A stretch of 64,000 nucleotides of DNA from Pelagibacteraceae bacterium AG-422-B15 (GTDB taxonomy: Bacteria > Pseudomonadota > Alphaproteobacteria > Pelagibacterales > AG-422-B15): NCBI GenBank assembly GCA_003213715.1, contig QCMN01000003.1:13057-77056 (forward strand), in the 5' to 3' direction. Position 1 is the stretch's first letter; every line of letters starts with the position of its first letter. A program made the position numbers and the translations under genes. Positions 38,554 to 47,486 of the stretch are shown piece after piece. The notes under the pieces were generated by a model that did not search any database, was not told where the DNA came from, and saw only the letters and a program-made list of their open reading frames with translations.

Positions 38554-39434
38554 TATACTTTTTTGACCTCAGCTTTATCAGAGAACAATCCTCTTGGATA
38601 AATAATCAATGTTAAGATAAGAACAAGGTAAGCAGATATTTCTCTTACCCCCTCAAATAAATAATTTTCGTAAGTTCCACACAACTGTTCAACAATGCCT
38701 ATTATGATCCCACCAACAATTGCTCCAGGTATTGATCCAAAGCCCCCCAATACAGCTGCAGCAAAAGCTTTTAAACCAATTAATGAGATTGATGTGTCTA
38801 CCAATGTAATTGGTGCGAGGAGCACACCCGCAACCGCGGCAACTCCTGCAGATATTGACCATATTAATGAAAAAATAAATTTAACTGGTATTCCCATATA
38901 GTAAGCAGCTAATTGGTTTTCTGAAGATGCCCTCATAGCCACACCAATTTTTGAAAAAGTAAAAAAGAAATAGAGTGCAGACATTAAAATTGCAGTTCCA
39001 ATTATTATTGAGAGATTTACGTATGAAATTATAAGACCGTTAAACTCAGTTATCTTTCCAGAAAACGGTGTACTAAATGAAAATATGTCAGTTCCCCAGT
39101 AAATTGATGCAAATCCTCTAAAAATAAAACCTAAACCGATAGTTAGCATTACGGTTGCAAATGCAGGCTGTCCAATGATTTGTCTTACTACAACAGCGTC
39201 TAAGAAAAACCCAAATACAGCAATAATTAAAACAGTTAAGGCAAATCCAGTAAGATAGTCCATTCCCATGATGCCTATAAGTGAGTAGGCAACAAATGCA
39301 CCAAGCATGAGAATATCTCCCTGGGCAAAATTAATGGTTTCAGTTGCTTTGTAGATGAGGACAAAACCTAAAGCGACTAAGCCGTAAATACAACCTGAAG
39401 CTATTCCATCAATCAGTAATTGAATCAATTGCAT
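38553..39434 (-). CDS. Branched-chain-type ABC permease (LivH-like)
   Basis: INFAQG, AMRASSEN and LGGFGS motifs. Confidence 0.92.
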   Translation of the reverse strand: MQLIQLLIDGIASGCIYGLVALGFVLIYKATETINFAQGDILMLGAFVAYSLIGIMGMDYLTGFALTVLIIAVFGFFLDAVVVRQIIGQPAFATVMLTIGLGFIFRGFASIYWGTDIFSFSTPFSGKITEFNGLIISYVNLSIIIGTAILMSALYFFFTFSKIGVAMRASSENQLAAYYMGIPVKFIFSLIWSISAGVAAVAGVLLAPITLVDTSISLIGLKAFAAAVLGGFGSIPGAIVGGIIIGIVEQLCGTYENYLFEGVREISAYLVLILTLIIYPRGLFSDKAEVKKV

Positions 39435-39603
39435 ATATGATTTGTCTAACTTTTAACTTTAAGTTTATTAAAAAAATAAGAGTAAATATACATCATTTAC
39501 TTTGAACAAGTTATAAAAATTAGTTCAATTTCAACTAAATATTCACTGTATTTTTACCGTAAAAACTGAATACAATTCCATGTAAATTTAAAAGGGGATT
39601 TTT

Positions 39604-40407
39604 ATGTTTAAAACTGACGATAGGGTCATCCAGATTTGTCTATTTTTGACTGGCCTAATTTTTATGCTTTATGCAGGAATGATGGCATTTAATACAGGCG
39701 CTTTTCTGGACCGATACCCAACTTTTGATAATGATGCAACCAACCGATTTTTTGTTGTTTGGTTTGGTTTGAACAACATCATGTTTCTAGCAGGTATTTA
39801 TTACATGGGCTACAAAGGGCTGGATAAAGGTTACTTTGTTTTCTTAATACCAGCATCCATTCTCAATATTGTATGGATAGTTATGTCACATCAGGCAACT
39901 GGTGGTGAAAACTATACAGGCCTAACAATGGTATCAATTGGATTGTTATTAACTTTAATTGCTAGATATAGATCAGGCATGCCATTTTCATGGCAAAAAG
40001 CTGATACAGCATGGGGAACATCTGACGGATTAGCTAAAGCGGGTCTTTATGGTTTATTAATTCTTCAGGTACTTGTCGTTATTGGATATTTCGTTGATCC
40101 AAATAGTCTAATGAACAACAACCCAGATCTTACAGTAACAACTCAGGGCAGTCACTTTGCACTTGGCTTATTCTTTTTAAGTCTCTGCGTAATATTAGCA
40201 CTTGTTTATCAATACTATGTTGGATTTAGCGGAGTTCTATTATCAATGGGACAAGTGTGGCAAACAATTTTTATGTCAATACTGTTAGCGAATGTGCTTA
40301 CGGCTCAGGGTGATATGAGTCAGGGAGATCCATTGCTTGCTTTGGGCATAACACTTGGTTTTATTTTAAACACAACGGTATTTTTCCGTTTACAAAAATC
40401 ATTTTAA
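39604..40407 (+). CDS. Hypothetical membrane protein (about 8 TM)
   Basis: 267-aa hydrophobic ORF; SD AGGGG. Confidence 0.75.
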   Translation: MFKTDDRVIQICLFLTGLIFMLYAGMMAFNTGAFLDRYPTFDNDATNRFFVVWFGLNNIMFLAGIYYMGYKGLDKGYFVFLIPASILNIVWIVMSHQATGGENYTGLTMVSIGLLLTLIARYRSGMPFSWQKADTAWGTSDGLAKAGLYGLLILQVLVVIGYFVDPNSLMNNNPDLTVTTQGSHFALGLFFLSLCVILALVYQYYVGFSGVLLSMGQVWQTIFMSILLANVLTAQGDMSQGDPLLALGITLGFILNTTVFFRLQKSF

Positions 40408-40416
40408 GGAGGAGTT

Positions 40417-40830
40417 ATGATTAAAATTGAAGATAATGTATCTGTAGTACTCTTATCAGCAATGCTGGTTACGTTCTTAATTTTTGGATTTATTCATGTG
40501 TTTACGCCTCTGGCAACAACTTTTTGGATAGGTCTTGGAAATGAACAGGCACCTGATGAAAACTTGTTAATTATGATGAGGAATTTCGGATGGATGTTTC
40601 TTATTTATGCAATAGGACTGGTAATGGTGCTTACATCTCCAAAGGATGAAAGTGCTGTGTTCATAAGAGTAATTGTTGTGCTGCAATTTATAATGTCACT
40701 TAGAATGTTCTTTTTTTATGCAGAAGGAACTATGACTGATGCAACTCCAGTGGTTGTTTCGGTTATTGGCTTTATAGTTGCCTCAATCGTAATGAGACGA
40801 TTGGGATTAAATAAAGGAACAACAATTTAA
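40417..40830 (+). CDS. Hypothetical membrane protein (about 4 TM)
   Basis: 137-aa hydrophobic ORF; SD AGGAGG. Confidence 0.75.
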   Translation: MIKIEDNVSVVLLSAMLVTFLIFGFIHVFTPLATTFWIGLGNEQAPDENLLIMMRNFGWMFLIYAIGLVMVLTSPKDESAVFIRVIVVLQFIMSLRMFFFYAEGTMTDATPVVVSVIGFIVASIVMRRLGLNKGTTI

Positions 40831-40841
40831 TAATCCTTTTT

Positions 40842-40873
40842 TTTGAAGGCCCACTCTAAGTCGGGCCTTCAAA
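40842..40873. terminator. Terminator-like hairpin
   Basis: TTTGAAGGCCC-N10-GGGCCTTCAAA. Confidence 0.65.
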
Positions 40874-40954
40874 TTATTACTAAAAACCATTGAATAAATT
40901 TGACTCTAGGCGATCAGATCTTCTTTTTTCTGCTTATTGTACAAATGTCATTAA

Positions 40955-41041
40955 TTGAAATAAGAGAAGAACTTCCCCATTTATATTTGGAAGGGTGGAG
41001 GATTAAATGAGGAAGTTCAGTCTTCTGTCTAGTTACTCAAC
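40955..41041 (-). ncRNA. Candidate sRNA with anti-Shine-Dalgarno loop
   Basis: 15-bp stem GAACTTCCTCATTTA/TAAATGGGGAAGTTC (U-G pair only on minus); loop ATCCTCCACCCTTCCAAATA. PHO-like array and TAGAAT lie upstream. Confidence 0.5.
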
Positions 41042-41047
41042 GCTTAA

Positions 41048-41103
41048 ATTCTAATTTTTAATTTTGTCATAAAAATTACAAGAATATTAAAATTTTATGA
41101 CAG
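41048..41103 (-). promoter_or_regulatory. PHO-box-like array and -10 facing away from plcP
   Basis: Minus strand CTGTCAT-AAAA-TTTTAAT-ATTC-TTGTAAT-TTTT-ATGACAA (11-bp period), 11 bp, then TAGAAT. Confidence 0.55.
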
Positions 41104-41119
41104 ATTTCTAGAAAGTATA

Positions 41120-41137
41120 GCTTAACAAATCTTTCAT
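41120..41137 (+). promoter_or_regulatory. PHO-box-like site upstream of plcP
   Basis: GCTTAAC-AAAT-CTTTCAT. Confidence 0.4.
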
Positions 41138-41183
41138 AAATTATTGATAATGTAATGATTATTGATTCTTTTTTACCAAATTT

Positions 41184-42002
41184 ATGGTCAACGAAAAAAA
41201 TAATGTTATTCCTCTCTTAAAATATCGTTCCATATTTATTTCAGATATTCATTTAGGGTCAAAAGGCTGTCAAGCTGAACAGTTGCTTGATTTTTTAAAA
41301 AATACCAGATCAGATTACCTATACTTAGTTGGAGATATTATAGATGGGTGGCGACTTAAAAATAGATGGTACTGGCCACAAAGTCACAGTGATGTAATAC
41401 AAAAAATTCTAAGAAAAGCACGACATGGAACTAAAGTGTTTTATGTATCAGGAAATCATGATGAGCTTGTTAGAAAATTTGTGCCAATAACACTAGGCGA
41501 AATTAGAGTAGTTAATGAAATCAAACATAAGACAGTAGATGGATCTGAATATCTTATACTGCATGGAGACAAATTTGACTCAATTATCAATATCGCACCC
41601 TGGTTAGCCCATCTTGGCGCTAGCGCATACGATTTAGCTTTATGGCTAAATAGAAGATTTAATCAATTAAGATTATTATTGGGTTTGAAATATTGGTCGC
41701 TTTCAAAGTATCTGAAATTAAAAGTAAAAAATGCTGTTTCTTACATTAATAAGTACGAAGAAATAGTTGCAGGTTATGCAAAAAAGAAAAATCTAAAAGG
41801 AGTTATTTGCGGACATATTCATCATGCTTCACATCGAATAATAAATGGAGTTCATTACTATAATGATGGGGACTGGGTAGAAAGTTGCTCCTTTATGATA
41901 GAAAATTTTGATGGATCAATGGAAATTCTTTTTTGGAAAGATATCGTTGAAAAGTATGAAATTTTGAACAAACATAAGGACTCCGTAAAGGTATTAAGTT
42001 AA
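41184..42002 (+). CDS. plcP: PlcP-type phospholipase C (LpxH-like metallophosphoesterase)
   Basis: ISDIHLG, LVGDIIDGW, GNHD, HGD, GHIH and NDGDWVES motifs; adjacent to a GT4 gene in a PHO cluster. Confidence 0.85.
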   Translation: MVNEKNNVIPLLKYRSIFISDIHLGSKGCQAEQLLDFLKNTRSDYLYLVGDIIDGWRLKNRWYWPQSHSDVIQKILRKARHGTKVFYVSGNHDELVRKFVPITLGEIRVVNEIKHKTVDGSEYLILHGDKFDSIINIAPWLAHLGASAYDLALWLNRRFNQLRLLLGLKYWSLSKYLKLKVKNAVSYINKYEEIVAGYAKKKNLKGVICGHIHHASHRIINGVHYYNDGDWVESCSFMIENFDGSMEILFWKDIVEKYEILNKHKDSVKVLS

Positions 42003-43010
42003 TTGAAAATACTCATCGCATCAGACGCATGGCTACCTCAAATAAATGGTGTTGTTAGAACTTATCAAACACTTGGTGATAAACTTACAAGTCAAGGACA
42101 TGAGGTTAGGTACATAACTCCAGATAAATTTATTACAATTCCACTGATTATTTATCCTGAAATAAAACTTGCGATTAATCATTGGTTCAAAATTGGCGTG
42201 ATCATTGAGAAGTTTAAGCCTGACTTTATACACGTTGCTACAGAGGGACCTATCGGCTTAGCGGTTAGGAATTATTGTTCAAAGAATAATTATGCGTTTA
42301 CAACATCGTATTGTACAAAATTTCCTGAATATATAAACACGATGGCTAAGATACCTGTATCTTTTACATATAAAATTTTGAAATGGTTTCACAAAAATTC
42401 TAGCGCAGTAATGGTATCCTCTGACTCAATTATAGATGAACTTAATTCACATGGAATTAAAAGAACAGTTAAATGGTCCAGGGGTGTTGATATTGAAGCC
42501 TTTCATCCGAAAAAAAAGATTGATCTCAAATTAGAAAAACCAATTTATTTATATGTAGGAAGAATATCTAAGGAAAAATCGCTAGAGGATTTTCTTAAAT
42601 TAAATTTAAAAGGTACAAAATTGCTTGTAGGTGATGGACCCTCTAAGAAAAAACTAGAAAAAAAATATACTGATGCAGTTTTTGTAGGAGCGAAGAAAGG
42701 AAGTGAACTGGCCCAGTACTATGCATCTTCAGATATTTTTGTATTTCCAAGTAAAACAGATACGTTTGGAATGGTCATGATTGAGGCTCTCGCCAGTGGA
42801 CTTCCCGTGGCCGCATATCCTGTTCCAGGTCCAATTGATGTTTTTGATAATTTTAAACATAATTGTCTTGATCATAATTTAATTAATTCAATTGATAAGG
42901 CGAGAAAAGTGAGTCGTACAGATTGTATAAATCATAGTAAAAAATTTGATTGGCATGAGGTTTCTAAGCTGTTTTTGTCACATCAAACTGCATCACGCGT
43001 TGCAAAATAA
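42003..43010 (+). CDS. agt: GT4 glycosyltransferase, Agt-like (glycolipid synthase)
   Basis: DAWLPQINGVVRT, HVATEGPIG and FPSKTDTFG..EALASG motifs; directly after plcP. Confidence 0.8.
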   Translation: MKILIASDAWLPQINGVVRTYQTLGDKLTSQGHEVRYITPDKFITIPLIIYPEIKLAINHWFKIGVIIEKFKPDFIHVATEGPIGLAVRNYCSKNNYAFTTSYCTKFPEYINTMAKIPVSFTYKILKWFHKNSSAVMVSSDSIIDELNSHGIKRTVKWSRGVDIEAFHPKKKIDLKLEKPIYLYVGRISKEKSLEDFLKLNLKGTKLLVGDGPSKKKLEKKYTDAVFVGAKKGSELAQYYASSDIFVFPSKTDTFGMVMIEALASGLPVAAYPVPGPIDVFDNFKHNCLDHNLINSIDKARKVSRTDCINHSKKFDWHEVSKLFLSHQTASRVAK

Positions 43011-43140
43011 CAACACTTCAAAAAAATTTTTTTATACAGTAATCATCTTAATGAATTAGAAATAAAAAATTAATAATCAGAAATTAAATTGAAATAATTT
43101 TGAAATAAAAAAAACACGTTGAAACATATAAAAAAATAAA

Positions 43141-43169
43141 CTGTTATATAATTTTAACGAAATTGAAAT
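43141..43169 (+). promoter_or_regulatory. PHO-box-like array upstream of the porin
   Basis: CTGTTAT-ATAA-TTTTAAC-GAAA-TTGAAAT (11-bp period); a second array CTGAAAC-AAAA-TTTTAAA starts at 43183. Confidence 0.5.
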
Positions 43170-43290
43170 AATATTAATTTATCTGAAACAAAATTTTAAA
43201 AGACCTTAATAATTGTTAAAATTTACTTAACTAAAATTTTATAAAATCTCATGTATGACTTCATTTATTAATTAATTAATGGAGTAATTT

Positions 43291-44223
43291 ATGAATAACA
43301 AAATCTTAAGTGCGACGACTGCACTTGCAAGTATAATGGCTCTTTCAAGTGCGCAAGCAGATATAACTGTTGGCGGTACTTTTAATGGCTTGTGGGGAAC
43401 TGGAGACTCTTACGCGTCTCAGGAAAGAATATCAATTACAGAATCAGCATACGTGACTTACACAGATACATTAGACAATGGTATGGGTATAGAAGGTGTC
43501 ATGGCTTACGAATCTGGTGGAGGTGGTGATTTTGATATTTCATTCATTTCTGACATGGGCACAGTTTCTTTTGGTAATGGTCTCTCAGGCGGCCCCGTTG
43601 ATAGTATGGATAGCCACCCTGTAAAATCATCATTTGCAAGCTCAAGAAAATTACCTCAAGGCTTAAGCGCTGATTATGAAGATGGTGACGGCGTTACTGG
43701 TGCAGCAGGTTTTGATGATAGCAACCAAATTGTCTATACATCCCCTAAAATAAATGGATTTACTGTTAAAGCGGGTATCGGATTTGGAACAACGGCTGGT
43801 TATGACGACATAATGGCTTATTCAATATCAGGAAAGATCGCTGGTTTTTCAGTTAAAGGAGGCATTGTCGATGAAGGCAATACGGACTCTAGAACTGGAG
43901 ATGAAAACTACATGATTGGTATTAAAGCACCTAAGCTTGCAGGTTACACAATCGGTTATGGTCTATACGACTCGGATAGTGGTGACAGCTATACAGTTAT
44001 AGGAGTTAAAACGCCAAAGATTCCTGGATTGGATGCAACATTTCAATACGAGTATTTTGATGTCGATAATACTGGCTCAACGGCTGATGACGATGGCTCA
44101 ATTGCTTCCTTGCAAAAGTCATTCGGTGGAGGTGTAAAAGCTTCAATTGAATATCATGTTGCTTCTGTGGGCTCAAATGCGGATGTTGAAAACTTCTTCA
44201 TTGGCTACAAAATTGGCTTTTAA
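43291..44223 (+). CDS. Outer-membrane porin
   Basis: Signal peptide (SSAQA-D), TLDNGM, YTSPKINGF, amphipathic strands and terminal Phe (GYKIGF). Confidence 0.85.
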   Translation: MNNKILSATTALASIMALSSAQADITVGGTFNGLWGTGDSYASQERISITESAYVTYTDTLDNGMGIEGVMAYESGGGGDFDISFISDMGTVSFGNGLSGGPVDSMDSHPVKSSFASSRKLPQGLSADYEDGDGVTGAAGFDDSNQIVYTSPKINGFTVKAGIGFGTTAGYDDIMAYSISGKIAGFSVKGGIVDEGNTDSRTGDENYMIGIKAPKLAGYTIGYGLYDSDSGDSYTVIGVKTPKIPGLDATFQYEYFDVDNTGSTADDDGSIASLQKSFGGGVKASIEYHVASVGSNADVENFFIGYKIGF

Positions 44224-44260
44224 CTAACTGTTTCAATCCTTTCAAGTTAGTTGATCATGG

Positions 44261-44295
44261 TAACCAGAGTGCAAATATTGCACTCTGGTTATTTT
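44261..44295 (+). terminator. Intrinsic terminator of the porin gene
   Basis: TAACCAGAGTGCAA-ATA-TTGCACTCTGGTTA followed by TTTT. Confidence 0.85.
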
Positions 44296-44320
44296 AATAA
44301 ATGTGTAACAATCTTGTAAT
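44292..44320 (+). promoter_or_regulatory. PHO-box-like array upstream of the DUF3576 gene
   Basis: TTTTAAT-AAAT-GTGTAAC-AATC-TTGTAAT. Confidence 0.5.
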
Positions 44321-44331
44321 ATTAATAAGTA

Positions 44332-44829
44332 ATGAAAGCGTATTTTTTCTTCATTTTTACTTTAGTCACTCTCACTAACTGCGCTCAACTTCCATTAACT
44401 ATAGAAAGAGCAGACTCTGTCCATATAAGAGGAGAAGACGCAGTAAATCCTAACTCAAGGGGGATAAGCCTTAATAAATGGATAAAAGATGAAATAGGTA
44501 AATCACTCTCAATCAACAATGACAATTTAATCAATAATAAAGAAAAGTTATGGAAGGCTTCACTTGCAAAGTTGTCATTCATGCCTGTGTTGGAAGCCAA
44601 CAAAGAAGACTACTTTATATTGACTGATTGGTTTTCAATTGAAAAAGATATAAACAGCCGTATTAAAATTGATGTCTATATTGTTGGTGATGATTTAACA
44701 GCAGATTCCTTAGACATAAGAATATTCATTCAAGAATTAAAAAATAATAATTGGATAAAATCATCCTCCGATAACGATGTATTAATAAAAATTCAAAATA
44801 GTATAATTGATTACGCTGCATCAATATAA
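44332..44829 (+). CDS. DUF3576-like lipoprotein
   Basis: Lipobox-like LTNC; LWKASL..LSFMP and ILTDW motifs. Confidence 0.75.
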   Translation: MKAYFFFIFTLVTLTNCAQLPLTIERADSVHIRGEDAVNPNSRGISLNKWIKDEIGKSLSINNDNLINNKEKLWKASLAKLSFMPVLEANKEDYFILTDWFSIEKDINSRIKIDVYIVGDDLTADSLDIRIFIQELKNNNWIKSSSDNDVLIKIQNSIIDYAASI

Positions 44830-44830
44830 T

Positions 44831-45346
44831 CTATAAGAATCTAGGTCGAACAAAATCTGTAACTTTAAATGAATTATATTTTAAATCACTCCAATCTTTT
44901 AAATCAGATTTGAGTATTGCAAGACTTCCAGTTGGAAATTTATTTTTAATATTTAAATATTTTTCATCTTTGGTGGGTACACTTAAATCCATTGTTAAAT
45001 TACGAATTGTGGGCTCATGATTAACGATTAAAATATTTGAATAATTATTTTCAGTGTTTTTGATTAAGTCAAAAAGGTAGATTTCGTCACATAAATACAA
45101 TTTATTGCTAAAAACAACCTTCGAAGTTGCCTTTAGTATTTTTCCAATAACTAAATTAAATGTATCAACAGTTCTTCTTGCAGATGAAACATAGGAAATA
45201 TCTGGTATTATTTTTTTTTGTGAAAGAAATGTTTCAATTTTGTTACAATTGTTTTTTCCTCTATTAGAAAGAGGTCTCTCATAATCATTTAAACTAGGAT
45301 CATCCCAACTTGATTTAGCGTGTCTCAATAGATATAAATGCTTCAT
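44831..45346 (-). CDS. sixA: Phosphohistidine phosphatase SixA
   Basis: LYLLRHAKSSW, DYERPL, SSARR and HEP motifs. Start at the ATG at 45346. Confidence 0.9.
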   Translation of the reverse strand: MKHLYLLRHAKSSWDDPSLNDYERPLSNRGKNNCNKIETFLSQKKIIPDISYVSSARRTVDTFNLVIGKILKATSKVVFSNKLYLCDEIYLFDLIKNTENNYSNILIVNHEPTIRNLTMDLSVPTKDEKYLNIKNKFPTGSLAILKSDLKDWSDLKYNSFKVTDFVRPRFL

Positions 45347-45356
45347 CACTCTAATA

Positions 45357-47486
45357 ATGATAAGAAAAAATACATATTCAGACAATAAGTTCTTAAACAG
45401 AGAATTATCATGGCTTCTTTTTAACCAAAGAGTTTTAGATGAGGCTAATGATGCTAAAGTGCCGTTAATCGAAAGAGTTAATTTTCTCTCAATTTCTGCA
45501 AGTAATCTGGACGAATTTTATATGGTAAGAATACCAAGTCTTTTGGATGAAATAGAAAATAATCCAAACAAAATAAGCCATGACGGCATGACTGGACATC
45601 AGCAATTAAAAGCAGCACAAAATGCATCTGCAAAAATATTTAAGAGTCAGGATGTTTCTTTTAGAAAGCTTGTTAGAGAATTAAATGCAGAAAAAATAAT
45701 TCATATTACGCCTAATAAATTAAATATAAGATTGAGAAAAAATCTAAAGAAACTTTTTAATGAAGAAATACTGCCTATATTAACGCCAATTTCAATTGAC
45801 CCAGTACATCCATTTCCATTTATTCCAAATGAAGGACTGTGTATTTCATTGAGTTTAGTGGCAGGAGGTTCAAATAAACCGTTTAATTCGGTAATCATTG
45901 TTCCGCGAGCATTAAACAGACTTGTGTTTATTCAAGAAGGTAAAAAAGAATACTATTTATTTGTTGAAGATATTATTAGATATTTTTTTAAAGATCTATT
46001 CCCAAATTCTAAATTGTTGGATAGTGCAATATTCAGAGTTATAAGAGACAGTGATATCGATTACGAATATGAGGATGATGAAGATGTTATAAAATACTTT
46101 GAAAAAGCATTAACAAAAAGAAAAAGAGGGGAAATAGTAAGGCTAGAAATTTTAAAAAATATATCATCTAAAAAGAAAAACTTTTTAAAAAAAAATTTGA
46201 ATCTTAAAGATGCGCAAGTCATTGCTCTATCAAAGCATGTTGGTTTACAAGATTTATCGCAGATTCATAATTTAAATAGACCAAAATTAAAATTTAAAAA
46301 ATTTATTTCAAGACCTGTTGAAAGGTTAAAGCAATTTGATAATAATTGTTTTGCTGCCATCAGATCAAAAGATTTTGTTGTCCATCATCCATATGAAACT
46401 TTTGATGTCGTTGTTGATTATTTAAATCAGGCCGCTATAGATCCAAAAGTAGTAGCAATTAAACAAACGATTTACAGAACCACTGCTGATAGTCCAATTA
46501 TAAAAGCCCTTACAAAAGCAGCAGATAACGGTAAGAGTGTTACAGCTGTTGTTGAGATAAAAGCAAGATTTGATGAGGAATCTAATTTAGCTCTTGCCAA
46601 TCAAATGGAGAAATCAGGAGTTCAAATTGTATACGGTTTTGCTCAATTGAAGACGCACGCAAAGGCAAGCCTAATTATCAGAAGAGAAGCAGGCAAATTA
46701 AAAAGCTATGTACATGTTGGCACAGGAAACTATCATCCAAAAAACGCTAAAACTTATGAAGACCTGTCATTATTTACAGCAGATGAAAAAATCTGCAAAG
46801 ATATTGAAAGAATCTTTAATTACATGACTGGGTATGCTTCTCCAATGAAATTAAATGATATAGTGCTCTCTCCACCCGCAATGCGAAATCAAATTAATGC
46901 AATGATTGATAATGAAATTAAAAATGCAAAGAAAAGTAAACCATCTGGTATCTGGCTTAAAATGAACTCTTTGGTTGACCCTCAAATGATCTCCAAGCTT
47001 TATGAGGCTTCTGCAGCGGGAGTAAGAATTGAATTGTTCATTAGAGGAATTTGCTGCTTAAGACCAGGAGTTAAAAAACTTTCTGAAAATATTGTTGTTA
47101 AAAGTATCATTGGCCGGTATTTAGAGCATGCTAGAATCTTCTGTTTTGCAAACGAATCTAATATACCATCAAAAAACAACACCGTTTTAATTGGGTCAGC
47201 TGATCTTATGCCTAGAAATCTGGATAGAAGAGTTGAAATATTAACCCCCATAAAGAACTCCACTGTCCATGAGCAAATATTGAATCAAATAATGGTTGCC
47301 AATTTCCTAGATAATGAGCAAACGTGGATAATGAACGATGATGGCACATATAAAAGAGTTAAACAAAAAGGTAAGACGTTTAATGCACATAAATACTTCA
47401 TGTCAAATCCAAGTTTGTCAGGTAGAGGAAAATTAAAAGGAAATAGAAAGCCTAAGAAACTACTCTCTCTGATGCATTATGAATAA
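45357..47486 (+). CDS. ppk1: Polyphosphate kinase 1
   Basis: NRELSWL.FN.RVL, HPFP, HHPYETF, KTHAK and GSADLMPRNLDRRVE motifs. Confidence 0.97.
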   Translation: MIRKNTYSDNKFLNRELSWLLFNQRVLDEANDAKVPLIERVNFLSISASNLDEFYMVRIPSLLDEIENNPNKISHDGMTGHQQLKAAQNASAKIFKSQDVSFRKLVRELNAEKIIHITPNKLNIRLRKNLKKLFNEEILPILTPISIDPVHPFPFIPNEGLCISLSLVAGGSNKPFNSVIIVPRALNRLVFIQEGKKEYYLFVEDIIRYFFKDLFPNSKLLDSAIFRVIRDSDIDYEYEDDEDVIKYFEKALTKRKRGEIVRLEILKNISSKKKNFLKKNLNLKDAQVIALSKHVGLQDLSQIHNLNRPKLKFKKFISRPVERLKQFDNNCFAAIRSKDFVVHHPYETFDVVVDYLNQAAIDPKVVAIKQTIYRTTADSPIIKALTKAADNGKSVTAVVEIKARFDEESNLALANQMEKSGVQIVYGFAQLKTHAKASLIIRREAGKLKSYVHVGTGNYHPKNAKTYEDLSLFTADEKICKDIERIFNYMTGYASPMKLNDIVLSPPAMRNQINAMIDNEIKNAKKSKPSGIWLKMNSLVDPQMISKLYEASAAGVRIELFIRGICCLRPGVKKLSENIVVKSIIGRYLEHARIFCFANESNIPSKNNTVLIGSADLMPRNLDRRVEILTPIKNSTVHEQILNQIMVANFLDNEQTWIMNDDGTYKRVKQKGKTFNAHKYFMSNPSLSGRGKLKGNRKPKKLLSLMHYE

